From assembly GCA_951406725.2 (NCBI GenBank), contig OX597816.1, positions 58,094,001 to 58,158,000 of the forward strand: a stretch of 64,000 bases of DNA. The letters are read 5' to 3'. Source of the DNA: Octopus vulgaris. Taxonomy: Eukaryota. Below the pieces are notes generated by a model. It ran no database searches and was not told the DNA's origin. It worked only from the letters and a program-made list of their open reading frames with translations. This document shows, one piece after another, positions 43,156 through 55,157 of the stretch. The translations under genes were made by a program, and so were the position numbers. Position 1 is the first letter of the stretch. Each line of letters begins with the position of its first letter.

Positions 43156-44150
43156 CTATCCGGTGCAGGGGTGAAAATCTCCGAAAATGGTAGGTTTACA
43201 TGTTCGTTGAAGATGTTGAAAGTCGGATGAGATCTCCCTGCATCCTCCGTCGTTTGAGTGAAGGCAATGCCAGCCGTCGGAGATGTTCCTCTTACGCAAG
43301 ATTAGACTAGCCCGCGCCCATTCGGGTGGCCATGTACTGAACCCATTCCAGGTGCTGAATGTCTGGAGATATGGGTTTGAGGTATGCATGCAATATTCGA
43401 GGATGGGTCGAACTAGAGTGATATATACAGGCCAAAAGACGTCCATTGAAAGGTTAGCAAAGGATCGGTGGATGAGGAAAAGATTCCTTCTGGCTTTGTT
43501 CGCCGCCTCGATACCCTGCTGTGGTAGTTTGAAAGTAGTATTGATCATTATGCTGAGATCCTTTTCTTCAGTGACCATCTTAAGATGTTGATGTTTGTGG
43601 CCAATAGTCAAGGGAGAGTTTGGAGGTGAACCTATTGGCAAATGGCAGCATTTTGAGGCTTTCAAGTTCAGATTCCATTCTTCTGCCCAATTCCAAGCTC
43701 GGTTCAGGGACAATTGGAGTATGTCGTATTGATTCCTAGGTGAGACAAGTTTGACGTCGTCTGCAAATAGGAAAACTCTTCCATCAAGAAAATCTGGCAG
43801 GTCGTTGATATAGAGAAGGAAAAGTATTGGCCTCAGCACCGACCCCTGGGGAACGCCGCTGCATGCATTCGTCTCCGCGGAGAGATCTGCATTTATCTGC
43901 ACCCAAAAGGTTCGATAGCTAAGGAAGGAAAAAATCCACAAAGTCACCAATGGATGAATCTTGAATGCTCGAAGTTTGCGCAAGAGAAGTCAGTGATTAA
44001 CGGAGTCAAACGCCTTTGCCAAGTCCAAAACTACCACGCCCACCAAGTCTTTTTCATCCATGGTCCTTGTAATCCATTCTTCAAGATGGAGAAGATTTGT
44101 TAGGCAAGATTTTCAGGGTAGAAATGCATGCTGCGAGTCGGATATTTCTT
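43156..44150 (-). mobile_element. CR1-like LINE RT fragment, a second family
   Basis: DLAKAFDSVNH; SGVPQGSVLRPILFLLYINDL; LFADDVKL; LVRPILEYC. Confidence 0.88.
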
Positions 44151-45348
44151 TGTACCATATACAGATAATTGTATAATGCTTTGGTTGGAAATAGCTGTGG
44201 GAATGACCTGAACATTGTGAATAAAAACAAAGTCGAGTATGCTATTTTCCCCTAATTGGACAGGTAATAATTTGTTGTATGGGAAAGTCTTTTGTTGTAT
44301 CGAGGAAAGGGTTCATATCCTTCCACTTCAGTTGCTTAGTTCCAGGCTGGATATAATCCTCGGATCAGCTAAGATTAGTAAAATTAAAGACCCCTGTTAA
44401 AAGCATATTATCCTGTGTGCTGGCCTCAGCTAGGGTTAGACTTATGAGTAAAAAAAAGCACCTCTGAAGTGATATTCGTGGTTAACCGCATCAGGATGAC
44501 AGTAGGTAATGCTTTTAATATCATTTCCTTTTTATATAAATTAGTCTGAAATTGTTGAATACAGTTCTTTGTAAATTAGGTAATTTCGGGGTTGGTCTGC
44601 AATCATTTGTAGTTAAATGTTTCCTTTCAAAATCTTTTTTTTTTTTTATTAAGCTGGATTAGTATTTCGAATGAGCAATAAGTATCAAAGCATTTAACAA
44701 TGAGCATTAAATATCAAAGATAAAAATAAATCATTTTGTTCCCTAGTCAAACTTTAGACCTAACAACCGATATGACTGAAAGAATTTTTAAAGGGCTTTT
44801 ATTTTTAGGCTGAGGTCAAACAGTCGAATCTATTCAACCATGTCGTCAGTCTTTAGCAACATCAACTTCAAAGAACTTGAGAGAGGTAACAGACTGAGAG
44901 AGGACAAGAACCTTCACACATTTTCAACATTGCAAGATTTTGGAGTTATTTTTGTCAGGATAGAGCTGTCTTCAAGAATCCAAGTAACGCTATGTATTGA
45001 AGAGTAGCCGTAGATGCTGGACATGTTGGTGTTCTTGTTGTTTGCTGCTACTGTTGTTGTTGTCACATACTTTTTTATTTTCACGCTACTTTGCTTCAGA
45101 AGTTGGTTAGTCATAAATTTCCCTGGGAATTTTAAGCCCAGCTTCATCACTTATATTTATTTATTTTTGTTCTTTGTTTTTGCTTTGAAAGGAAATCTAG
45201 CTTCAAGCATCTTATACAGATAATGTTTTAGACACTATTTTCTGAAACTGGTAAAATTATGTAGGGGGTGCAAATTTTGATCTTGCACCACCTGAAAATT
45301 CCAAGGGGTGCAGGTGCACCCGCTGCAACCTTTGTACCCGGGCCCTTG

Positions 45349-47250
45349 GCGACACACCAATTAAGTTTTATGCAAACTTAACGTTAATTATTTCAATATG
45401 ATCTACCATCTATAAGCTGCTGATGCGTAAGGTAATTCTATTTGTGGCAGATGGCGAGAAAATCTTTCATTTATATTTCATAAATATATAATTTGTAAGC
45501 AAAATAACAAACATTTTCAAGAGAAACGTGAGTTATCATTTATCGATAATAATCTGTAAATATGTGCAAGAATTAATGAAGAAATAACTTTTTGTAACTT
45601 ACTGTTTCAGTAAGATACACGAGCTTGCTTGATGGGGAAAATAGAGATTTGGGATATTAGGTGGAATAATAGATAATGACACTCGCATTTCACTATGAAG
45701 CCATTTCAAGTTTCCACGTTTCGATGTCTTTAAGTTTAGCATTGCTAAAAAAAAGATGCTTCGAAAATGTGTGTAGTAGGAAACGGCCCAAAAATTGTGT
45801 AAAGCGTTTTTAAAATTAGGTTTGGATGCTTCTTTGAAACGCGAATCCAAAAGTTCTGTAAGTTCCCCTCTTCATAAATCAATAACATACACCGATCGTT
45901 CTTGATTTCGGCCAGTTGTTGTTGTTGTTGTTGTTGTTGTTGTTCTTCTTCTTCTTCTTCTTCTTCTTCTTCTTCTTCTTCTTCTTCTTCTTCTTCTTCT
46001 TCTTCTTCTTCTTCTTCTTCTTCTTCTTCTTCTTCTTCTTCTTCTTCTTCTTCTTCTTCTTCTTCTTCTTCTTCTTCTTCTTCTTCTTCTTCTTCTTCAC
46101 GAGTTTTGAAAAACATTTCAAAATTCCATTCTTTTACTTTGCATTTTCAATTTGTTTATCTTGTGTCAGCCGATGTTAAGATATTTTCTGCTTTTCCCTG
46201 CATACCTGTGTTAATTTTGTTCAAATATTCAAATATGTCCGAAAGATATGCCAATTTGGTGCGCCAAAGTTTGTCTTCAATCAGATCGTAGAATTCATTC
46301 CGTTGATTTTCTTCAAAAAATTTAAGCATCATTTCTCTCAATTCATATACACAACAAAGCACACGACCTTTTGAAAACCAACGAAGCATTGTGTGTAGCA
46401 GAAGTTTCTTGAAATTTTCTCCCATTTCTTTACAAATAATCTTGATTTAAGAGGTCTACTTTTAATGTAATTGACCATTTGAACCAATTCCTTTATAACC
46501 CTTCGTAAATCATCTCCAACAGTTTGTGCAATTAATTCTTCGTGATGCAAAAAAACAATGAGTAATCATAAAATTTGTATTCTCTTCATTTGCTAAAGTT
46601 GTAAAACCTTTTACTGAATCTGCCATTGAGGGTGCGCCATCTGTGCATATTCCTACACAGTTTAAATATAATAAATTATTTTCCTCCATGAAGGACGTTA
46701 GAGCTTGAAAACAGTCTTCACCTAGTTTTCTCGATGGAAGTTCTAGACAACACAAGAATAGCTCAATGATTCTGTCATTATAAATGAAACGTATGAAAAC
46801 CATCAATTGTGATTCACCCACTGACATCTGTTGATTCGTATAACTGCAATACAAGCATCATGTTATTATCTTGAAAAATATCCTTCATTTGCTGTTTAAT
46901 GTCTTCAGACATCTTGAATTCGTCTTCCAGTTGTGTTATCTGCCCGAAAGATTTTTATTAAGTTCTATCTCAAATTCAGGTCTAAACATTGTTCGAACAA
47001 TCGCACAGCAAGATTCCTTTCAACATTACTACGTCGTTCCTTGTTTTCGACAATTATTTGAGCAACCAAGTAACTTGAACTTTGTCTGATGTCTTTATTC
47101 TCTTTGTGAACGTTGAAGCCTGCTTTGTTCAAAAAAAATTTTGAAAGTTCATTGAAGTATTCCACTGGTTTTGTTGACAAATTTCCGTGCCTAGTGCTGA
47201 AATGACGCATTGTTTGGTACCATACTTTCGTTTGCAAGTATATCCCCACA
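45349..47250 (-). pseudogene. hAT Buster/Charlie-type (ZBED8/SCAND3-like) transposase pseudogene; its terminus lies at 40311-40372
   Basis: MRHFSTRH; SSYLVAQII; QLMVFIRF; CVGICTDGAPSM; THCF; [14 protein letters not shown]; [16 protein letters not shown]; [13 protein letters not shown]; PFPTTH. Confidence 0.88.
45915..46098. repeat. (GTT)n(CTT)n triplet expansion inside the transposase remnant
   Basis: Directly visible; poly-E/poly-Q in the transposase frame. Confidence 0.95.
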
Positions 47251-47392
47251 AACTAAACACGGAGGGCTAGGGTTGTTATCAACTCGGTGTTTTCTGCTTT
47301 GAAGACGTAATAAGACAGAAAAATACAGGAAGCAAAGAACAGAGGGAGCAATAATATTGACGAAGACGATGACAACAACAACAATAACAACG

Positions 47393-47437
<45 letters not shown>

Positions 47438-48670
47438 GTTCCTGGATCAAGATACTACTGTTTCAGAGCAGCACCAGTTGCAACTCTGAGGTTAATTCCG
47501 GAGATAGTAGAGAAAATGAAGTCTGTCATGGGTCGCAGGACAGATGGACTAATTAAACTGCTTGTGGTTCTTGTTTGGCCGGAAGCGGGACTAGTTTATG
47601 AGAAGGGTAGCTTTCCTCAAGCTGAAATGGGTCGAGAAGAAGCTATTCCTGAAAGATCGGACAGGTGTGGCGAATGTCCATAACACCATCTTCATAATTT
47701 GCTGCTTGACAGTCGTATCTTGCCCCAATTCCCGTCTGACCAGATCGGAGTGTCTGCTTTTGTTTCCCAAGGTAGGGAAGCAATCCTGTAGTCAGGAGGT
47801 CTTTCTGCCACCAACTCCCAAGGAAGGCGGCCCTGCACGCCATGATTTTTGATGAACAAACATATTGTGTCACCTACAGACATTCTTAGATGGTGGACAG
47901 GTGTGGTATCCGTTCGTAAGGCTGGTTTTTGTTTTTCCGCAACAGGCATCTGGAATTTCCTTAATGCTTCTTTCCATTCGTGCAATATGTCCTGCAGTAG
48001 TTGCATTTAAGCAATATAGAGAACTAATGGTGGGAAGTAACAACGACATTGTCTGGAGAACTCTGGATGTCGATGAGGGTTTTCGAGTTAGGGACAAATA
48101 TGAATAACTTGCAGAAATCCGTTTGTTTGGTACGGCTAATGTACGTTTTAGACATTCGAATTTCACATTCCCGCTCATCAAAGATACAACCTCGATGATC
48201 TCATTAATAGCATCAATAATAATATTCATTTCACAATGGATTGACTAGAGTGTGTGTGTTTGTACATATATGTGTAAGCGTGTGGTTATGCTTAATATGT
48301 ATGTTTTCGTATATGAGTGTTGTGTGCATGATTGTGCGTCAGGGCGTGTAAATGCGAAACAAATTAACTGTCGGTCGATGCACACTACACGAGAAGACAA
48401 AACACCGACACACACACACGCGCGCAGCAAGAGAAAGAGAGAGAGAGAGAGAGGAGAGAGGGAGAGAGAGAAGGAGAGACAGAGGAAAAGGAAAGAGAGA
48501 GAGAGAGAGAGAGGACGATAAACAACCACCAACCACTATTCTTTTCATTCACCTTTTCTTTCAGATCACTTCTCTCTTCTCCTGCTGTGCCTCTTTGTAT
48601 TTCGCTTACGTCTAAACACACACACACACATACACACGCACACACACACGCACGCACACACGAACACGCA

Positions 48671-48733
<63 letters not shown>

Positions 48734-48920
48734 TCCTGTGTAGAACGTGACTTACACATACGAGTCATTGAACAATATGTGGGCTGTAGGTCTCACTCGA
48801 CGTTACACCTGCCTCGTATGAAAGCAAATTTATTAATAAATTCTTCCTACATAATTTAGTTTGTGCATGCTTGCCTCTATTGTGTGTGTATGTGTGTATG
48901 TATGTATGTATGTATGTATG

Positions 48921-48954
<34 letters not shown>

Positions 48955-49053
48955 CGTTTATGCATTATGTATGTATGTATGTCGTATGTATGTGTGTTAT
49001 GTATGCTGGCATGTATGTATAAATGTATATATGTATAAATGCATGTATGTATG

Positions 49054-49087
<34 letters not shown>

Positions 49088-49123
49088 TGTGTGTATATGT
49101 ATGTATGTATGCATGTATGTGTG

Positions 49124-49155
<32 letters not shown>

Positions 49156-49881
49156 TGTATGTATGTATGTATGCATGCATGTATGTATGTATGTATGCAT
49201 GTATGTATGTGTGTGTATGTATGTATGCATGTATGCATGTATGTATGAATGCATGTATGTATGTATATATGTATGTATGTGTGTGTATGTATGTATGTAT
49301 GTATGTATGTATGTATGTATGTATGTATGTATGTATGTATGTTCGTAGCTGATAAACTTCCCGTAGATTTAGAAGGATAGAAACAGAATCTCTTTTGTAG
49401 CAGTCATAACTCTGCCAGCCCTTAAGGGATCGGTGGCCGGTATAAGTGCGTGAAACAGACAAGAAATATGTTTGACCAATTACCAATCAATGCAGAGTCA
49501 CGTGAGCCCAAAACAGAGACGCCCTTAAATGTGTAGCTCTCCTTCGGTGTGACTGCATAACCAGCGAGATAAAAATAACTTTGGTAGAAAAATGAAATCA
49601 CTGGAACAATAGGAATGGCAGCCAAAGAATAGTTATAAAAAGTTGTAGAGCGAGGGTGGGTAAAATTGGAATTGGTTGAGACACTTAATAAATAGGAGAT
49701 CCACTGAAAGAATTCAAAGGCCATTTGATATGTTAAATGGCTGAAGGAGGGGAGATACTTCAAGTTTTCATAATCCCAGAACAAGAATGGCCACCGGCCA
49801 GTTACAGCATTTCCAAATGTCAACCAAGACTATGATAGGGGACAGTTTCTTAAGGCACCGTGCACAATATTTATGCATGTA

Positions 49882-50135
49882 TTAGGTTGGTGCATAATTG
49901 TTGCGGCTTTTTTCATCAAAATTTTATTCAACAAAAACAATAACATGTAACAAAAAAAAAACATCGTAAAACGATTACTCTGGAGTATATTTACCATCTA
50001 CTTCAATTACTGCTTCCCATTTGCTTGGCAGACGAAAAGACCACCATTTAAAGATGTTTTTGTTAAATATTGTTACTGTTTTTGTTGAATAAAATTTGTT
50101 GAAAAAAAAGCCGCAATAATTATGCACCAACCCAA
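49882..50135. mobile_element. Mariner-derived MITE
   Basis: TA-flanked TTAGGTTGGTGCATAATT / AATTATGCACCAACCCAA TIRs with ~90-bp inverted arms; the interior encodes RLPSKWEAVIEVDGKY on the minus strand (mariner C-terminus). Confidence 0.85.
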
Positions 50136-50174
50136 TATTTTGGTTGGTCGGTTGGTTGGTATATATTTTAAAAA

Positions 50175-50410
50175 TTCGTTTTTCATATTTCAGTCCGAAG
50201 GCTACGGCCATGCCATCACGTGATTGGCTTTTGGTGAATGAGGGAGTTTCTTGCCGTTATGTTGGTTCATCTGATATCTTGAGCAACAGAAAGGTCAAGG
50301 TGCCTATTGAAAACATCTACCTCCACTTAGGTTTTTTTGGCAATATATTAAATAGCTTTGGGCCTTTGAATCCCAATCAATTGTGATACCTGGTCCTTAC
50401 TCTAGACAGA
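50175..50410 (-). mobile_element. Diverged CR1-like 3' end
   Basis: LGFKGPKLFNILPK...SDEPT; tail CATGGCCGTAGCC. Confidence 0.65.
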
Positions 50411-50489
50411 ATGGGTGGGACCTTACTGCATACAGACATACATTTATATATAGTACCAATGCCACATACTTATAGTGTGTGTGTGTGCG

Positions 50490-50780
50490 TGTGTGTTGTT
50501 CAATGCTTGTAACTGCGGTGTTTCGTTTAAAGGAGGTTTCTTTAAAGACGTATAGTGTTAAAAAACATGGTATACTTAAAAGTTAGGCGAAACGAAACTG
50601 CTTCGGAAGAGAAAGAGAACGAGAGATATCGATATTTCGCTCCTTTTGCTGCTCATCGGAGTAGTTTCGTTTCGCCTGGCTTTCAAGTATACTGTGTTTG
50701 GTTTTCTAACACTATACGTCCCTAAAAAGACCTCCCCCAGGCGAAATATCCCCGCTAACAGCGTTCAACGGCACAAACAC
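50490..50780. mobile_element. ~290-bp imperfect palindrome centred on ATATCGATAT (50626-50635)
   Basis: Arms share GACGTATAGTGTTA, GTATACTT and AGGCGAAACGAAACT in inverted orientation. Confidence 0.75.
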
Positions 50781-50887
50781 ATTAAGTATGTGGCATTGAT
50801 AAAGCTTACATTATTGAGCGGCTTCTAACAGAAAATATGTATGTATGTATGCATGTATGTATGTATGTATGTATGTATGTATGTATG

Positions 50888-50918
<31 letters not shown>

Positions 50919-51015
50919 CGGGAAGGTTTACGAAAATAAACAAAAGACGAAGGCAGGTGCAGTACAAACAAACAAATGTATTAGTATGGCGCTCAGGAAT
51001 AGAAATAGGACAAGA

Positions 51016-51051
51016 CTTTTACGTTTCGAGCCTACGCTCTTCGACAGAAAG
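51016..51051 (-). ncRNA. Minimal hammerhead-like motif (CUGUCGA core)
   Basis: CTTT-CTGTCGA-A-GAGC-gtag-GCTC-GAAAC-GTA-AAAG; stems I and II perfect. Confidence 0.62.
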
Positions 51052-51176
51052 ATACACAGAAAAAAAAATGTATATATATATATATATATATATGTGCTAT
51101 TAAGTTAGACATGGCCTGGGCCAATAATGGCCGAAACCTATCAAAGTATCAAAGTATCAAAGTATATATATCCTGC

Positions 51177-51252
<76 letters not shown>

Positions 51253-51685
51253 AATATTAGGGAATAAATCCAAATTTACAGGGAAAAATCAGATTTAGGA
51301 TTGAATCCAATTTTATAGTAAAATATTATATTATATTAAATTAGAGATAAAACCACTATTAGGCAAATCATACAATGAAAAACTTAAGCCAATATATATA
51401 TATATATCCTGCATTTATATTCGCCGGTACTCTCATTTATGTGTGCGTAGGTATGCGTGTGTCTTTAAATATTCATTATTTGTTTATTTATTGAACGAGG
51501 CTGCGAGCAAGCTCTATGAAAAGTATGAATTGTCCACGTGACATTGTAATTATTTTTATAATTTGTTCCAAAACTATCCTGGGAAATACCATTATCACCG
51601 GTAAATAAATTTATAACTCCTTGATTTGTAACTAGTTTCGTAGCTGCCAACCCACGAAACGCTGTAACTTCTGTTAGTTACTTTA

Positions 51686-51730
<45 letters not shown>

Positions 51731-51917
51731 CTCACCTACATACCTATATCGATATATTACCTTTCACCTAATTTGTAACTTTAAGATTTAATTTCCGCCT
51801 TCGCAATTAATCTTCCATTTATCCCTGATTTGGGCCAACGGCATGTGTGTTTGAGTGCTTATATGTCAGTTCGTTTATGTGTATATGTGTACGTGTGTAT
51901 ATGTGTATGCATGTGAA

Positions 51918-52220
51918 AGCGCGTGGTTTCGTGGTTCGGGATATTCAGTTCGCGATCGAGGGGTTACGAGTTCGATTTCCAGCGGCGCGTTGTGTCCTTG
52001 AGCAAGACACTTTATTTCACGTTGCTCCAGTTCACTCAGCTGGCAAAAATGAGTAGTACCTATATTTTAAGGGGTCAGCCCTGTCGCACTTTCTGTCGCG
52101 CTGAATCTCCCTGAGAAGTATGTGAAGGGGTACGCGTGGCACTTGCACTTCAATCTCACAAACAAGCTGATCCATTGATCGGATCAACTGGAACACTCGT
52201 CGTCGTAAGCGACGGAGGGC
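51918..52220 (+). mobile_element. SINE family C
   Basis: GTTCGATTTCC B-box; CCTTGAGCAAGACACTT; tail shared with 2765-3132. Confidence 0.72.
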
Positions 52221-52251
52221 CAGTTATTTGTGTATGTACGTATGCTTTTAT

Positions 52252-52297
<46 letters not shown>

Positions 52298-52384
52298 ATG
52301 TGTGTGTGTGTGTGTGTATTTCAAAACGTGTTTGGGCGCTGCTGATTTCGCGTAATTGTGTATGTTAATATTTCTCCCTTTTAA

Positions 52385-52545
52385 AGGCAGCGAAATGGCA
52401 ACATCGTTAGCACACCGGCCAGAATGCTTAGCACCATTTCGTCGATCTTCACGTTCTGAGTTCAAATTCCGCTGAGGTCGACTTTGTCTTTTATTATTTC
52501 GAGGCAGATAAAGTAAGTACCAAAATCGCTGGCCTTGTGCTAAAA
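52385..52545 (+). mobile_element. SINE family B, diverged
   Basis: GAGTTCAAATTCCGCTGAGGTCGACTTTG. Confidence 0.72.
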
Positions 52546-53112
52546 TTTAAAACCAATCTTTCTCTATTTCCTCTATGGAATCCATAGTCTCCAGTTTGCT
52601 TGCACTATTTGACATTTTGAGCAAGTTCCTCCTGCTATATAACCTCGGGGTTTGTGAATAAAATTGGTAAATGAAAACTGTACCGAAGCCCTTCGTATGT
52701 GTGTGGCTGCCACATTTTACTTCGACAATGTTTGAACAAATAAAATGCGGCATGCAAGTTTATGTCCAGTAACTTAGAGATGCGACAAGAATGAGATCGT
52801 TAAAATATGGACCAGACGTTAAATAAATACTGGAGTCAGCACGACAAGTTAAAATACTTCAGATGAAGCCCCAGCATGGCCACAATCCATTCACTGAAAC
52901 AAGTCGAAACCAAAAGAATAAATACTTTCGAGAGAACGGGGAATAATTCTTGTTTGGAATAATGGTTCTCGAAGCACTTCACATACAGCTATAAATAAAC
53001 AGCATATAAATATTGGGTTGAGAAACCCTTTGGGATAGCAGACGTCGAAGGCTGTCCATGAGAACGTACGTATATATATATGTGTATATGCATGCATACA
53101 TACATACATACA

Positions 53113-53147
<35 letters not shown>

Positions 53148-53196
53148 GTATATTCCACCTGCCTTCGTCTTTTGTCTATTTTCATAAAGCTTCCCG

Positions 53197-53260
<64 letters not shown>

Positions 53261-53282
53261 TTTATTTAAAAGTTTTGTTAAC

Positions 53283-53329
53283 AAAACTGTCCGACGAACG
53301 GGAACGTGAAACTCCGAGTAACAGGTTTT
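53283..53329 (+). ncRNA. Type-I hammerhead ribozyme motif (CCGACGA core)
   Basis: CTGT-CCGACGA-ACG-ggaa-CGT-GAAACT-ccg-AGTA-ACAG: all three stems close, GUA cleavage triplet. Confidence 0.75.
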
Positions 53330-53428
53330 GTTGAATTTCTGCTGCTTTTAAATAAAGCATATTACTCTACCCCTGGTATTTGAGTACTCTTTTTTACACC
53401 TTGTTTCACATTTATGTGTTTACTCCGG

Positions 53429-53462
<34 letters not shown>

Positions 53463-53466
<4 letters not shown>

Positions 53467-53797
53467 GCAGCGTGGAAGGTGTTTATAAGCCATTTAAGAA
53501 ACACACAAAATCCGTTAGATTCACTTCAATATTTAAATTTAATTTGTCAAAATATTTTCGTCGCTTTGAGACCGTGACTTGTTCAGACAAAATTCCGTAC
53601 TGCAATTTTTTTTCAGTGGACGGGTCGCAATCTCAAAGCGACGAAAATATTTTAGCAAATTAAATTTAAATGATAAAGTGGATCTAACGGTTTTTCTGTT
53701 TCTTAAATGGCTTATAAACATCTTCCACGCTGCAATTGTTTTCGTTCCAGCACACGATCTCAGATCAGGTCACTTGGTATGCAAGTACATCTCCGTA
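53463..53797. mobile_element. Fold-back cassette (arms ~53463-53590 / ~53612-53737) with HHR-like ends and a one-sided tail
   Basis: ~120-bp inverted arms, inserted in (TA)n. Confidence 0.75.
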
Positions 53798-53815
53798 ATA
53801 TATATATATATATAC

Positions 53816-53895
<80 letters not shown>

Positions 53896-54097
53896 ATATA
53901 TATATATATATATAAATATAAAGTGAGATAGGGGTTATGAGTGTAACCCACTATGGGATATCATTTATCCAATATACTGCCAGTAAAGTACCCAGAAAGG
54001 CTAATACATAAATGCTAAGAATTGCAATGCAATTAATTCATTTATTTAATTATATGGGCGAAGGTAAAATGTTTTACCTTTATAATTGTACTTTATA

Positions 54098-54223
54098 ATC
54101 TCTGACGAGGCCTTGAGATATATATATAAGTAACTCATTTATAACTGTATATTACCTCAATACATCTGACTAATATGAGCATAATGAGATACTCTTATCT
54201 ACAGGCTGAAACAGCTGTAAGAT
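54098..54223 (+). ncRNA. Type-I hammerhead ribozyme with canonical core and ~90-nt loop II
   Basis: ATCT-CTGACGA-GGCCT-[loop]-AGGCT-GAAAC-AGCT-GTA-AGAT. Confidence 0.8.
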
Positions 54224-54401
54224 CCATTTTATATTTATATATATTGTTCTTATGGTATTATCTTACTTATTGATGTGTACTGTTTTATTCTGCATTATTC
54301 TGTTTGATCTGGATGTTCCTAAATAATTAGTTAATAAATTATATGAATTGGTATTATCTAGTAGCTGATGATTGATAGAAATCTATTCCTCCATTTTCTT
54401 G

Positions 54402-54468
<67 letters not shown>

Positions 54469-54747
54469 TCTTATAGTCTTTTATTTGTTTCAGTCAAAAT
54501 AAGAACCAGACATTAAAAGGAGTACTGAGGTCGATATAGTCGACTGCGATGCCCCAGTATAGCCACCCTTCTGTGTTTGAAACAACAGAAAAAGTGAGAT
54601 AGATTATATACATACATTACGTATGTAGACACACACACGTGTGTGTGTGTGTGTGTGTATGCGTATGTGTGTACGTGTGTGTGTGTGTGTGTGTGTGTAT
54701 GCGTATGTGTGTACGTGTGTGTTTAGTTTTTTTTCAACTGTATATAA

Positions 54748-55157
54748 ATGGCTGTGTGGTAATTGCTTCCCAACCACATGGTTCCAGGTTCAGTCCCTCT
54801 GCGTCGCACCTTGGGGCAAGTGTCTTCTGCTATAGCGTGGGACCGACCAAAGCTTTGTGAGTGGATTTGGTAGACGGAAACTGAAAGAAGCCCATCGTAT
54901 ATGTGTGTGTGCGTGTGTGTGCAAGTGTGTGTGTGCATGTGTGTGTCTATTTGTGTGTCTGTGTTTGTCCCTCCACATTCGCTTGACAGCCGATGTTGGT
55001 GTGTTTACGTCCCCGTAATCTAGCGGTTCGGCAAAAGAGCGATAAAATAAGTACTAAGCTTACAAAGAACAAGTCCTGGGGTCGATTTGTTCGACTGAAG
55101 ACAGTGCTCCAGCATGGTCGCAGTCAAGTGAATGAAACAAGTAAAAGAATAAAAGAA
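54748..55157 (+). mobile_element. SINE family A
   Basis: Matches 27450-27882 end to end. Confidence 0.85.

Larger units (their letters stand above)
40373..45348. mobile_element. hAT-like insertion carrying nested elements
   Basis: Ends CAGTGGCCCAG / CCGGGCCCTTG; 8-bp flanking duplication GCGACATA (40365-40372) / GCGACACA (45349-45356); GGGGTGCA motifs near both ends. Confidence 0.65.
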
